Source: an uncultured virus (IMG/VR IMGVR_UViG_3300025674_000003) (taxonomy: Duplodnaviria > Heunggongvirae > Uroviricota > Caudoviricetes > Crassvirales). From it: a DNA stretch of 64,000 nt. This document shows, one piece after another, positions 54,594 through 63,883 of this stretch; position 1 is the stretch's first letter, and each line of letters opens with the position of its first letter. The notes beneath the pieces were generated by a model that saw only the letters and a list, made by a program, of their open reading frames with translations, ran no database searches and was not told where the DNA came from. The stretch lies in the IMG/VR virus record IMGVR_UViG_3300025674_000003; one strand, written 5' to 3'. A program made the position numbers and the translations under genes.

Positions 54594-56810
54594 TTATCTT
54601 ATTATTTTTGAACTAAATCCTTTATTGTCATATTTTTTAAAACCAAGGTTTTTAACTTCTAATTTTCTTTTAAAAACTGGCGTGTAAAGATTTTTATTAC
54701 AAGCCATTATTGCTAAACCTGAACTAATAGAAGCATCGTGTTTTGTTCTATCATTTATATCAAATCTAGACCAATCTTCTAAAGTTTTTTGAAAATATAC
54801 GTTTCCATAACCTTCGTCTAATTTACCTACATAATTTTCAATATAGGATTCTATAGCAGCCGCGTGAGCTTGTTTTATATCTTGACTTGAATTAGGTATT
54901 CCACCTATTTCTTTTTCTGTTACAGATAATTTCATATATACTTTATCTGGTCTATTCATAGAATAACCTCTATAACCTCTTCTTTTAAAATGATATAAAA
55001 GTCTAGGTTTATTATTTTCTGCTAATATAGGCATTCCATAAAACACACAAGCCATAAGAACATCTTCGAAAAATATCTCAGCAGTCTGTGGTCTTGCTAT
55101 GTATTCTAAAAAAAACATACTATTAGGCACATCTTCCATTGAAAACTTTGTTAATCCGTGAAGTGATCCTTTAGAACCACGCGCGTCAACAGTACCTGAT
55201 ATGTCATATGGATCACAACCAAAAGAGCCACAATGTTCATTTCCTGGGTATTTTAATCCATTTTTAATTATTACACGATTTTGTAAATTTAAAGGTGGAA
55301 CCCAAGTTACACTAAATCTACCTGAATCATTAGGAACAAATAAAACCTTAGTATCTTTAACACCATTTTGCCATTGAAACGATCCTTTTGTAACAAAAGT
55401 GTTTGTTCTAAAATCTTCGTTATAATCTATTTGTTCGTATATTTTAGTTAAGTTAAATAAAGATTGTTTAGCTTCGTCTCTAAACGCATGTTGTTCTGTT
55501 CTTGGAAACTGTCTATAAAATTCATTTAAACCTTCTTGATCTTTTTTTAAACCATCAACTTCGTTTTGCCAATATTCTAGTACACCTATTTTTATTTTTC
55601 TTCCGTGCGGACCCTCTGTATTTTCGATTGGAGTTTCGAAGACAGGTAAGCCATAAGAATCAATGTATCCTTCGTAGTTCCATTCCATAGGTATGAACAA
55701 AGAATATAATCCTGAGCGAGTCTCTCCATTGGCGTTTCTTTCTTTGACGTTCGAATCATAATATAGTTTTTTAAAGTTATTACCACCTTTGTCAAGTGCA
55801 TTACTGGTTGATCCCATCATACACTTACCTATAATTCTACCACCTAATCTTAGCGTGGTTTTTGTAACCCTCCAGTTGTTGAGGATGTTGTTCGGCTTCT
55901 CCCATTTACCGCTTTCATCATGGACGAGGAGTTTAAGTTTCTCCCCATCGTAGGAGTTGTCACCTGTATTCTTCCAGTCGATTGTGGTGTCCAATCCCTG
56001 TAATTCGTCCTCGGTTTCGTCGTAGGCAGCGGTGAGCTTTCTACGGGTGAACTTTGAGGCTGGTACACGGTAGGCAAGCTCGGTCTTTGGGCGGTCCATA
56101 CCGTCCTGGGTCGGCTTGAAAAAGAAGGGGTAATTAACCGATATGGGTACCACCTTGTCTGTGAACATCTTTTTAGCATCAGGACCGGACTTTGATAATA
56201 TACCATATCTAGAGTCAGATGATATGGTTGCCAAGTTAACCACCTCTCCTGACGCCATAAAGGAAAACCCAGAACGTCTGTTCTTAAGGTAGCACAGTCC
56301 GTAACATCTATCATCGGCTTTACAAGCTTCCCAGAAAATGAAGAATAATCTATTTGACTCCCGAAAGTCTGGTGCCCCGACATCAATCTTACTCCACTGC
56401 AAGTACATGTAATGAGTACCAGTAATATAAGTAGGAATGTCTTTGTTATAAAACCAAAAACCTTTCTCCCTACGGGTAAACTCATTATCGATGTAATCAT
56501 ACCACTTTTCTTTAAAATCTAGTGGATATTGTTTCCAATCAAAAGTAGATTTAATTCTATCTAATTCTTTTGGATATTCAAATTGTGTCCACTTATTGTT
56601 ATCAAACTTATATATATTTTCTTTTTTTGGTAAAGCTATTTTTAGGTTTTGTATCTCATACACTTGACCTATTTTACCAGTTTTACTTATAACTACAACA
56701 TCGTGTTCTTCGTTATAACCATATTCCCAACTATTGCTTTTGTTATTTCTTTTTAAAACTTTACTTGGAATATGATCTTCTAGTATTTTATATAAAGTTT
56801 GTTTATACAT
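54594..56810 (-). CDS. terL: Terminase large subunit
   Basis: KNRRSGFS Walker A, LLVHDESGKW Walker B, GCDPYD nuclease motif; ATG 56810. Confidence 0.92.
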   Translation of the reverse strand: MYKQTLYKILEDHIPSKVLKRNNKSNSWEYGYNEEHDVVVISKTGKIGQVYEIQNLKIALPKKENIYKFDNNKWTQFEYPKELDRIKSTFDWKQYPLDFKEKWYDYIDNEFTRREKGFWFYNKDIPTYITGTHYMYLQWSKIDVGAPDFRESNRLFFIFWEACKADDRCYGLCYLKNRRSGFSFMASGEVVNLATISSDSRYGILSKSGPDAKKMFTDKVVPISVNYPFFFKPTQDGMDRPKTELAYRVPASKFTRRKLTAAYDETEDELQGLDTTIDWKNTGDNSYDGEKLKLLVHDESGKWEKPNNILNNWRVTKTTLRLGGRIIGKCMMGSTSNALDKGGNNFKKLYYDSNVKERNANGETRSGLYSLFIPMEWNYEGYIDSYGLPVFETPIENTEGPHGRKIKIGVLEYWQNEVDGLKKDQEGLNEFYRQFPRTEQHAFRDEAKQSLFNLTKIYEQIDYNEDFRTNTFVTKGSFQWQNGVKDTKVLFVPNDSGRFSVTWVPPLNLQNRVIIKNGLKYPGNEHCGSFGCDPYDISGTVDARGSKGSLHGLTKFSMEDVPNSMFFLEYIARPQTAEIFFEDVLMACVFYGMPILAENNKPRLLYHFKRRGYRGYSMNRPDKVYMKLSVTEKEIGGIPNSSQDIKQAHAAAIESYIENYVGKLDEGYGNVYFQKTLEDWSRFDINDRTKHDASISSGLAIMACNKNLYTPVFKRKLEVKNLGFKKYDNKGFSSKIIR
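55850..56500 (-). CDS. Candidate overprinted lipoprotein in the +1 frame of terL
   Basis: 216 open codons; RK..K + FLLILLVLITC signal; coincides with a local GC rise. Confidence 0.5.
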   Translation of the reverse strand: MITSIMSLPVGRKVFGFITKTFLLILLVLITCTCSGVRLMSGHQTFGSQIDYSSFSGKLVKPMIDVTDCATLRTDVLGFPLWRQERWLTWQPYHLTLDMVYYQSPVLMLKRCSQTRWYPYRLITPSFSSRPRTVWTAQRPSLPTVYQPQSSPVESSPLPTTKPRTNYRDWTPQSTGRIQVTTPTMGRNLNSSSMMKAVNGRSRTTSSTTGGLQKPR

Positions 56811-57084
56811 TTTTAGATCTACCTTCAGCAAAACCAGCAAAAGTTCTTTCTTTTTTAACTTCTTTTGGTTTTTCGTTTAACATATCCTCTTCTTCTTGTA
56901 AACGTTGTAATATTTCAAAAGCATCAAATATTGCTAATTTTTTTGTTGCTGCAGCATTTTTAAGTCTGTCTGCAGATATATCATCGTCTGAATCTACAAT
57001 AGGTTCTTTAGCCACCTTTATAAGCTCTTCAACAGCTACGCGCCCAGCTTGGATTATATTCTTCTTCGTTTCCTTTGTGCTCAT
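56803..57084 (-). CDS. Putative terminase small subunit
   Basis: Small helical protein overlapping the terL start. Confidence 0.55.
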   Translation of the reverse strand: MSTKETKKNIIQAGRVAVEELIKVAKEPIVDSDDDISADRLKNAAATKKLAIFDAFEILQRLQEEEDMLNEKPKEVKKERTFAGFAEGRSKNV

Positions 57085-57634
57085 ATTTAATTACAATATC
57101 ATTTGATTTCATACAATAAACTCTTTCATTTTCAATAATAAAATCCCATTCGCTGTTAGGTGTAAAACCCACAACATCACCAGGATTAATATTAAGCGCT
57201 TCTAATGAGTTATTACTATATTTTAGTATACCTATAAGGGCTTGTTCTTTTTTGTTGCTTAATTTATCTTTATTTATTATCGGTTTAACAAAACATCTAT
57301 CACCAAACGAGTGATAACCATTATTGTTTTTATAAAGATATATTTGATCTAAGCTACAAAAATACAAATCATTTTTAAAATATGATCTGCTTTTTTTCTT
57401 AACACCTTTCATACCGTAAAATGTTCTAAACACATTTTGATGTACTATTATTAAATCACCTTTTTTTATAGGTGTTTTAAAAGCTTTAGGTGTTTCTATA
57501 ACCTCGGCTATTCTATTAACAAACTTCCAGTTTTCAACCTTAGTATTTAATACTAATTCTTTATCATCTACTTTTATGCTATTAGAATATTCTTTACCAA
57601 ATGGTTTTACTATAAAATCATATAGACTTTTCAT
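57029..57634 (-). CDS. GroES-like (possibly two-domain) protein
   Basis: IKKGDLIIVH; FGDRCFVKP...NPGDVVGF...YCMKSNDI. Confidence 0.5.
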   Translation of the reverse strand: MKSLYDFIVKPFGKEYSNSIKVDDKELVLNTKVENWKFVNRIAEVIETPKAFKTPIKKGDLIIVHQNVFRTFYGMKGVKKKSRSYFKNDLYFCSLDQIYLYKNNNGYHSFGDRCFVKPIINKDKLSNKKEQALIGILKYSNNSLEALNINPGDVVGFTPNSEWDFIIENERVYCMKSNDIVIKYEHKGNEEEYNPSWARSC

Positions 57635-57861
57635 TAATACTCTAAATCGTACTCAACTGATATAGCCATGTTAGAATTAAACTTCTTCCATGGCAATACC
57701 TCGTTGTTTTTCTTTATGTGAATATTATAGGAATTATCGTTTTCGTCAAGAAGTATATGTGATATTTCGTGACCACCGTAAACTTGTTGTCCTACTGAAT
57801 AATGCATTGCGTCGTTTTTATAATCAGATCCAATGCTTATTTTTCTAATATTACTCAACAT
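57634..57861 (-). CDS. Hypothetical protein
   Basis: 75-aa ORF. Confidence 0.7.
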   Translation of the reverse strand: MLSNIRKISIGSDYKNDAMHYSVGQQVYGGHEISHILLDENDNSYNIHIKKNNEVLPWKKFNSNMAISVEYDLEY

Positions 57862-58099
57862 CTTGTTTAGTAATTTCAGATATTTTACCAGTTTGTAAAT
57901 CTATGTTAACAGAACCATAAGTTTTTTCTAACTGTTCTTTAGTTTCTTGTATTTCATCGCTTAATTTTTTAATAACGCTATGCGTATTTATTTTTTCAAC
58001 ATCTAAAATACCTAAATGTTTCAACAATTCATTTAACTTATTTTGTTGTTCATTAACAAGTTCTAATTCTTCTTTTTTTATTTTTTTTGCTTTCGCCAT
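57851..58099 (-). CDS. Hypothetical coiled-coil protein
   Basis: 82-aa ORF ending YGSVNIDLQTG. Confidence 0.7.
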   Translation of the reverse strand: MAKAKKIKKEELELVNEQQNKLNELLKHLGILDVEKINTHSVIKKLSDEIQETKEQLEKTYGSVNIDLQTGKISEITKQDVE

Positions 58100-58132
58100 G
58101 ATTTAATTAAATTTGATTAATATATTTTTTTA

Positions 58133-58693
58133 TTATTTACATACAATTATGTCACCAGCTCCAACAGTGTTTAGAGCAGTAACATAGTCAACAGCCACGG
58201 GTAGTATGCTACCAGCTGGAACGTTTTTAAAAGTTATAGCTTGTGCAGCTACAGGAACACCATCGTTTACGGCTGTAATTTGTAGAGTAGCATTTCCACC
58301 GCCACCACTTACTGTTACAATATCATTTACATTGTAACCTGATCCTGCAGCGTTTATTGCTACAGCAGTTATTACGTTAGAAGTTACTGTTGTGTTTACA
58401 GTTAAACCTAATCCATCACCAGATGTTGTTGTTGCAACACCTGTACCATTACTGTAACCACTGCCTCCATTTGTGATTGAAAGAGCTTTTACAGAACTTA
58501 AATTAGTACCAGGTAATATAACACTAACATCACCGCTTACACCAACGTAAAGTACAGAACTATTTAAAAAAGTTCCTAATGTTCCGGTTTGGTTTTCAAA
58601 AACCCAAGCTGGTAAAGGATTTGGGGCTCCTACTAAACCCGTTAAAGGCATTGCTTTACCTACAATACCATCATTAGTTATAAATTTTGACAT
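58133..58693 (-). CDS. Virion structural / decoration protein
   Basis: ITNGGSGY and AAGSGY repeats; G/T/V-rich. Confidence 0.6.
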   Translation of the reverse strand: MSKFITNDGIVGKAMPLTGLVGAPNPLPAWVFENQTGTLGTFLNSSVLYVGVSGDVSVILPGTNLSSVKALSITNGGSGYSNGTGVATTTSGDGLGLTVNTTVTSNVITAVAINAAGSGYNVNDIVTVSGGGGNATLQITAVNDGVPVAAQAITFKNVPAGSILPVAVDYVTALNTVGAGDIIVCK

Positions 58694-58698
58694 TTTTT

Positions 58699-59163
58699 TT
58701 ATTTTTTACTTATTGTTTTAAATTTTTCTGCACCTCGTGAACCAAAATAAGCCACGTAAACTGTAATTAAAAGAGATTTTAATAGATCAACCCAACCGCC
58801 ATCAACATCAAACTGTATATTAGAGCTTTCAAGAACTATTAAAATTATTAAAGATATAGTTAAAAATATAAGAGTCATAGGGCGTGTGTTTTTAGACAAC
58901 CATGAATCTGATTTCATATCACTATCCCAACGCTTAGATATTTCTTGCATTTCTACCATGTCTTGCTCTAATAACTTTAAAGCTTTTTCTTTATCTTCTG
59001 GTGGTAAAATTACAGGATCTTCTTTTTTTATTAAGTTTTTAACTACACCTAATAAGCCTTGATCTGGTAAAACATCAGATATACCATCAACTAGCTTAGG
59101 CGCAGTTCCTAATAAAAACTGACCGACTTTTGTATCTTTAAACTTCTTTTTATTATCTGGCAT
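58699..59163 (-). CDS. Holin (3TM / GTA-holin-like)
   Basis: SDSWLSKNTRP, hydrophobic helices, AYFGSRGAEK. Confidence 0.7.
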   Translation of the reverse strand: MPDNKKKFKDTKVGQFLLGTAPKLVDGISDVLPDQGLLGVVKNLIKKEDPVILPPEDKEKALKLLEQDMVEMQEISKRWDSDMKSDSWLSKNTRPMTLIFLTISLIILIVLESSNIQFDVDGGWVDLLKSLLITVYVAYFGSRGAEKFKTISKK

Positions 59164-59603
59164 TATTTTTTAATTACCTTTAGTATTGATTGATAAATTT
59201 TATTTATATCGAATGTATTTTTTGCTAAAGATACAGAATTTTTATTTATATCTTCGTAAGCTTTTACAGACGACTTACTAAGTTTTAAATGAGCAGCGTG
59301 TGATTTATTTATTAAATTAATATTCTCAACAGCTTTCTGTATTTTATTAGCGTATTCTTTTTGAGCTTTAACTATTTCACTAGTGTCATAAGGTTCATAA
59401 ATTACACGCGAGTTATCGTTTGTATCTTTAGTTGTCTCGAATGCAGAATAAGCAAAAACAATAGCTTCTGTTATCATACCTATTGTTAATAATAATGAGC
59501 CATATGGCCAGTGTTGAATTTTAGCAAGAGCTCCTAAAATAACGACTGCAGCTCCGAGCCCGTAGAGCATATTAGTAAAGTCTAATTTTAAATTTTTTAA
59601 CAT
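59163..59603 (-). CDS. gldL: GldL/PorL-like two-TM protein
   Basis: YGLGAAVVILGALAKIQHW...IGMITEAIVFAYSAFE matches the GldL N-terminal TM domain. Confidence 0.85.
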   Translation of the reverse strand: MLKNLKLDFTNMLYGLGAAVVILGALAKIQHWPYGSLLLTIGMITEAIVFAYSAFETTKDTNDNSRVIYEPYDTSEIVKAQKEYANKIQKAVENINLINKSHAAHLKLSKSSVKAYEDINKNSVSLAKNTFDINKIYQSILKVIKK

Positions 59604-59635
59604 AACATTTAATTTAATTATTTATATATAATCTA

Positions 59636-59661
59636 TATATAAATAGTTACATGTTATTTTA
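59636..59661 (-). promoter_or_regulatory. Putative late promoter (TAAAATAACATGTAACTATTTATATA)
   Basis: Shares AAATAACATGTAA with the 48647-48670 copy. Confidence 0.5.
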
Positions 59662-59673
59662 ATTAATTACGAT

Positions 59674-61635
59674 TTACTTCTTTTTATCTCCACTAAAAAC
59701 CATTTTACTACCAAATAAACCACCTGTAACAGCTGGTAATTTATTCATTGATTTAGCTAAAGAAGAAAAATTACTTTTAGATTTATCCATAAAATCAAAA
59801 ATTCTAGTACCACTTACATTTACATCTTTACCATCGCTTTTTAACACGGCTTGAGTTACTGGATTTTTATCAAAATAATTTTTAGCTTTAGATAAAATCT
59901 GTGGAGTTATTTTATCATAAGGATTTTTTATAAAACCTTGATCAAGCAAAGATTGTCTTAATTCTCCCGCAAAAGCCCTAGGCTCCATATTTCCACTTCC
60001 TCCATATTTAAAATAATCGTAATCTATGTCTGATGCTGGTTGATTTGCTAAATGATCTTGAAATCGTGAGTCTGCTGCTTTGTGATTTTTAGCAAAATCA
60101 TCGCTATGAACATTTAGATTATCTCTTGCAGATAGCAGATCATCATATTTTTTGTTATAATCTAAAACCTCTTTGCTAGGTTTAATAGCACTAGATAACT
60201 CTCTGTCAAGAGGCGTTGTTCTACCAACTTGAAAACCGTGTTGCTGTTCGTGAGCATAGATTGTTTTTGGTTTAGCTATATTTTTATCTCCTAAAATAAA
60301 ATTACCTTTATTTAATTGAGAGGCATTTTGAACGCCTTGTAATGAAAATCTATCAACATCATTAGTTTTTTTAAAACCACCAAAAGTAGCATTGGAATCT
60401 AAATATTCTCTAGGAACAGAATTATATAATATGTCTTTTGCTTCACTGTAATTTAATTTCCCTCCTTTTATAGCCTCAGCTGCCCTTTCATTTAAATTAG
60501 GTTTAGACATTTCTTGAATTCTAAAATTAACATTTTTTTGCGCTTGTTCAGCTAAGTCAGCATCAAATAGTTTTTTTGTTTTTGTGCCAAGACCGCCTAA
60601 AAAGTTTTGTTCAATTTCTAAAAATTCATTACCAGGTGTTTGTTTTCTTATAAATGGATGGGCGTGTGCTTCAGGGATTTGCATTGTTTTTCTTAATTTT
60701 TCCATTTCACCCTGTAAATAACCTAACTCTTGATCATATAATCTTTTTTGACCTTCAGGTGTATTTAATCGCTCCATTGTTTTTAATCTTTCAAATTTAC
60801 TAACCTCAGCGTTTTTACTTAAATCTTCAAGAGTATTATACATAGATTCTCTAGTTTTTGGATTAAATCTTCCAAATATACCTGGTGATTCTGGTAATTT
60901 ACTAGCCGCACTAGCAGCTTCGTCTCCTTTTGCAGCCAAACTATAAACTAAATCATCTGATTTGTTTGCTAGTCCTTTTGCTAATTTAGCTCCTTTTGCA
61001 CCTTTAGTTAATAATCCAGCTCCAAAGAGTAAATTGGCTGGATCTGCTACTATATCCATAGCTGTATTTAAAGAACCTCCTAAATCCCATCCAGGTTTAT
61101 CTTCAAAACCTATTGTTTCAGATGGTAGTCTTTGTGATCCAGGTGTAAGAGCGTTTGCAAAATTATAAGGATTTCCTCTCAAAGCTTCTATACCTTCAAC
61201 CGCAAGTGATTGAGGAGCTTGAAGTGTTGTCATTACCATGGATGCAGGCTGTTCTGCTAATATACCTGTTACCATATCCATAGCATCACCTGCTAAACCT
61301 TCTCTAGTTTGAGCTCTTCTTCTAACACCTCTACCAATTGCCCCTGAGTCGTTAAAATATTCTTTTTGTTGATCAGAAAGTTCATCAAATAAAGGATATT
61401 GATTATAATCTACATCTGATCTTACTACTACTTCATCAAGATTTGGTCTATGTATCGAACCTTCTCCAAAGTATTTAGCATATTCCGCATCTGACATACC
61501 AGAATCGCTTTGTGTAGTATAAACTAAATCATCAACTATTTGTTGACCATCTTTTTTGCTATGAGGTTTGCCTTCATGCATTTTAACAGGACTAGAACTT
61601 CTTAGTTTTCCGAAATAATTTTTTTTAAGCCCCAT
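59674..61635 (-). CDS. Putative internal virion protein with zincin HExxH motif
   Basis: YAHEQQH...EPRAF; DIVADPANLL segment. Confidence 0.55.
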   Translation of the reverse strand: MGLKKNYFGKLRSSSPVKMHEGKPHSKKDGQQIVDDLVYTTQSDSGMSDAEYAKYFGEGSIHRPNLDEVVVRSDVDYNQYPLFDELSDQQKEYFNDSGAIGRGVRRRAQTREGLAGDAMDMVTGILAEQPASMVMTTLQAPQSLAVEGIEALRGNPYNFANALTPGSQRLPSETIGFEDKPGWDLGGSLNTAMDIVADPANLLFGAGLLTKGAKGAKLAKGLANKSDDLVYSLAAKGDEAASAASKLPESPGIFGRFNPKTRESMYNTLEDLSKNAEVSKFERLKTMERLNTPEGQKRLYDQELGYLQGEMEKLRKTMQIPEAHAHPFIRKQTPGNEFLEIEQNFLGGLGTKTKKLFDADLAEQAQKNVNFRIQEMSKPNLNERAAEAIKGGKLNYSEAKDILYNSVPREYLDSNATFGGFKKTNDVDRFSLQGVQNASQLNKGNFILGDKNIAKPKTIYAHEQQHGFQVGRTTPLDRELSSAIKPSKEVLDYNKKYDDLLSARDNLNVHSDDFAKNHKAADSRFQDHLANQPASDIDYDYFKYGGSGNMEPRAFAGELRQSLLDQGFIKNPYDKITPQILSKAKNYFDKNPVTQAVLKSDGKDVNVSGTRIFDFMDKSKSNFSSLAKSMNKLPAVTGGLFGSKMVFSGDKKK

Positions 61636-61637
61636 AA

Positions 61638-62105
61638 TTAAGAATTTTTAGTTTTTTGATAAGCTTCTTTTTCCCAAGGTAAATTTTTTGCACCTTCATT
61701 CATATCGTCTCTTGAATATGTTTTACCTTCCCAATAAACATTGTCGTCATCATAACTTAGCCTACCATCTTTTATTTGTTTAATATGCACCATTTCATGA
61801 TCTATGACATCTTGCTTTTGTTTTGGATCTTTAATGTCTTTATTTATAAGTATACTACCATTGTTAGTAGCCATACCTAAAGTATCATCACCCATATCTA
61901 CGTGCATTATAGGTGTATTGGAATTTTCTTCATTATATGGTGATCCTTTCATTTTAAAACCCATTTTTAAAGGAGAAGTTCTTTTACTTTTAGCTGCTTT
62001 TAAAGAAGCGTCATTTCCAGTTCCAGCGCCAGATCTTTTTCTTGCTTTGTTCCACTCAGGACTATGCATTAAAGAACTCCAACAGTGTTTTATTGGTGAA
62101 CCCAT
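61638..62105 (-). CDS. Small zincin-like metallopeptidase
   Basis: IDHEMVHIKQ...LPWEKEAY. Confidence 0.7.
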   Translation of the reverse strand: MGSPIKHCWSSLMHSPEWNKARKRSGAGTGNDASLKAAKSKRTSPLKMGFKMKGSPYNEENSNTPIMHVDMGDDTLGMATNNGSILINKDIKDPKQKQDVIDHEMVHIKQIKDGRLSYDDDNVYWEGKTYSRDDMNEGAKNLPWEKEAYQKTKNS

Positions 62106-62121
62106 ATATTAGTTTTTTTAT

Positions 62122-62152
62122 AAATAAACCCCGCGACAGTTAAGCCGCGAGG
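62122..62152 (-). terminator. Intrinsic terminator
   Basis: CCTCGCGGC-ttaact-GTCGCGGGG-TTTATTT. Confidence 0.7.
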
Positions 62153-62176
62153 ATATATTTAATTGATGGTTAGTTT

Positions 62177-62566
62177 TTATACAGTTGTATCAGTTATAAC
62201 AGACCATGAGTGCCAGTACATTTGTGCTGGACTAGCAGACTCGTCTTTACCTAATTGAGCTGTAGCAGCAACACCACCTGGATTAGCAGTCATAGCTTTT
62301 ACAATAGCTTGATCAGGAGCAGCTGAACCATTAGTGATTGTTGGATTAGTTAGTGCACCTTTAGCTTTAGATACTTCTATTTCTACAACTCTTCCAGCAA
62401 TACCTGCAGCAGCTGAATTTCCACCAGCTGGTGATCTTAATACAATACTTACTTTGTTTGTTCCATCGTAAGAAATGTCCCCGATATTGTCAACATCTAG
62501 TAAGTGAGCTTTTTGATTTGCAGGTGTGCTAGTGTCAACAATATTAAATTTAATGAATTTTGCCAT
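62177..62566 (-). CDS. Probable virion structural protein
   Basis: 129 aa, A/G-rich, followed by a terminator. Confidence 0.55.
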   Translation of the reverse strand: MAKFIKFNIVDTSTPANQKAHLLDVDNIGDISYDGTNKVSIVLRSPAGGNSAAAGIAGRVVEIEVSKAKGALTNPTITNGSAAPDQAIVKAMTANPGGVAATAQLGKDESASPAQMYWHSWSVITDTTV

Positions 62567-62629
62567 TTTGTTTTTGTTTTTGTTTTTGTTAATGAATTTG
62601 TTTGACTTGGGTTTTACAGTTCCCTACTG

Positions 62630-63184
62630 TTATCCTTTTAATCCAAATTTAAGTCCTTTATCAACTTTCATTTTTAATGCATGAATCTTTTTAAGCATGA
62701 TAGGATCTCCTTTCATCATAGCTGGATCGTTTGCATCACCCATAGCATTATAAGCTCCAGACATATCTTTAATATCGTCTGAATCAGCTAAATTTTTTAT
62801 AGGCATTGTTTCACCGTCTACTACCATTGTTTTTGCATTTGGATCTTTCTTTAATGTTTCAGCTTTTATAAAGCCTAAGTTTTTAGGAGCATGCTCCATT
62901 TTAGCAGCAGCTTCAGCTTTGCTAGCCATTACAGCTTTTCTTTGAGCGTCTGGCATGTCTTTTACAGCTACTTTAGGTGCTGGATCTCCATACATTTTAG
63001 CAGCTGGCTCTCCGTACATTTTAGCAACACAGTGCTTTTTTGCTGGATGAGAGTGCTTGTCGTGTTCACTATTTTCTAAATAATGCAGTCTAGCTTTAGC
63101 AGTAAGGTCTTTATTGTAAGCTTCTCTAGCATCATATTTTTGACCCGAAGAATATCTCGGATGATTTCCTGAATAATTTCCCAT
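62630..63184 (-). CDS. Basic protein with PAxKM-type repeats
   Basis: AKMYGEPAAKMYGDPAPK, DPAMMKGDPIMLKK. Confidence 0.65.
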   Translation of the reverse strand: MGNYSGNHPRYSSGQKYDAREAYNKDLTAKARLHYLENSEHDKHSHPAKKHCVAKMYGEPAAKMYGDPAPKVAVKDMPDAQRKAVMASKAEAAAKMEHAPKNLGFIKAETLKKDPNAKTMVVDGETMPIKNLADSDDIKDMSGAYNAMGDANDPAMMKGDPIMLKKIHALKMKVDKGLKFGLKG

Positions 63185-63212
63185 TTTGGTTTTGTTTTTG
63201 TTATTGTTGTTG

Positions 63213-63557
63213 TTATTGTTTGAGTTTATCTATTATGCTTTTACCAATGCCAAGTAATCCACCTGTCGCAACATCTGCGATTTTAAATTTGTTTTTATTA
63301 ACAAACTTTTTAGCATCACTAGTAAAGTCACTAACTTTTTCTGAAAAAGTTTTTGGTATTGTATTATCATATTTCCAGTCAAGTTTGTCATAAACAGCTC
63401 TTCTACCTTTACTACCAGGAGGATTGTTTTGTAACATTTGACTTTTAATAGCATCTACTCCTCTTTTTTGTAGATCGCTTGATGATACTTTTATTGAAGA
63501 CCCATCGTCTTGCAATATATTTTTTTTATCGTGATGATTTCTAATTGGTGATGGCAT
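63213..63557 (-). CDS. Basic hypothetical protein
   Basis: MPSPIRN start. Confidence 0.65.
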   Translation of the reverse strand: MPSPIRNHHDKKNILQDDGSSIKVSSSDLQKRGVDAIKSQMLQNNPPGSKGRRAVYDKLDWKYDNTIPKTFSEKVSDFTSDAKKFVNKNKFKIADVATGGLLGIGKSIIDKLKQ

Positions 63558-63568
63558 AATTTTTTATT

Positions 63569-63874
63569 TTAACATTTCCAGCGTCTACGCGCTGCTTTAC
63601 CTCTTTCGCCTGTCCAACCTTTGGATCTAGCGCAGAATGATTTTCTTCTTTTAGCATCTTTGCTGCCAGGTTTTACTTTACCTGTTACAGCTGTTTTAAG
63701 TTTACTACCAGGGTTTTTCTTTCTATATTCTTTAACGCCTTTTTCTGTCATACCAGCGCCTTCTTTAGTAGTTCTAAAATTTCTACCTTTACCCTTAGTA
63801 GTTTTTCTTGGCTCGTTTTTATGTAACGGTGATTCTATTGATGATGATTCTTTTATTCTTTTTAACCAAGTCAT
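63569..63874 (-). CDS. Very basic small protein (RRKSFCARS motif)
   Basis: ATG 63874 directly follows the stop of the junction-spanning gene. Confidence 0.75.
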   Translation of the reverse strand: MTWLKRIKESSSIESPLHKNEPRKTTKGKGRNFRTTKEGAGMTEKGVKEYRKKNPGSKLKTAVTGKVKPGSKDAKRRKSFCARSKGWTGERGKAARRRWKC

Positions 63875-63883
63875 ATTATTCTC

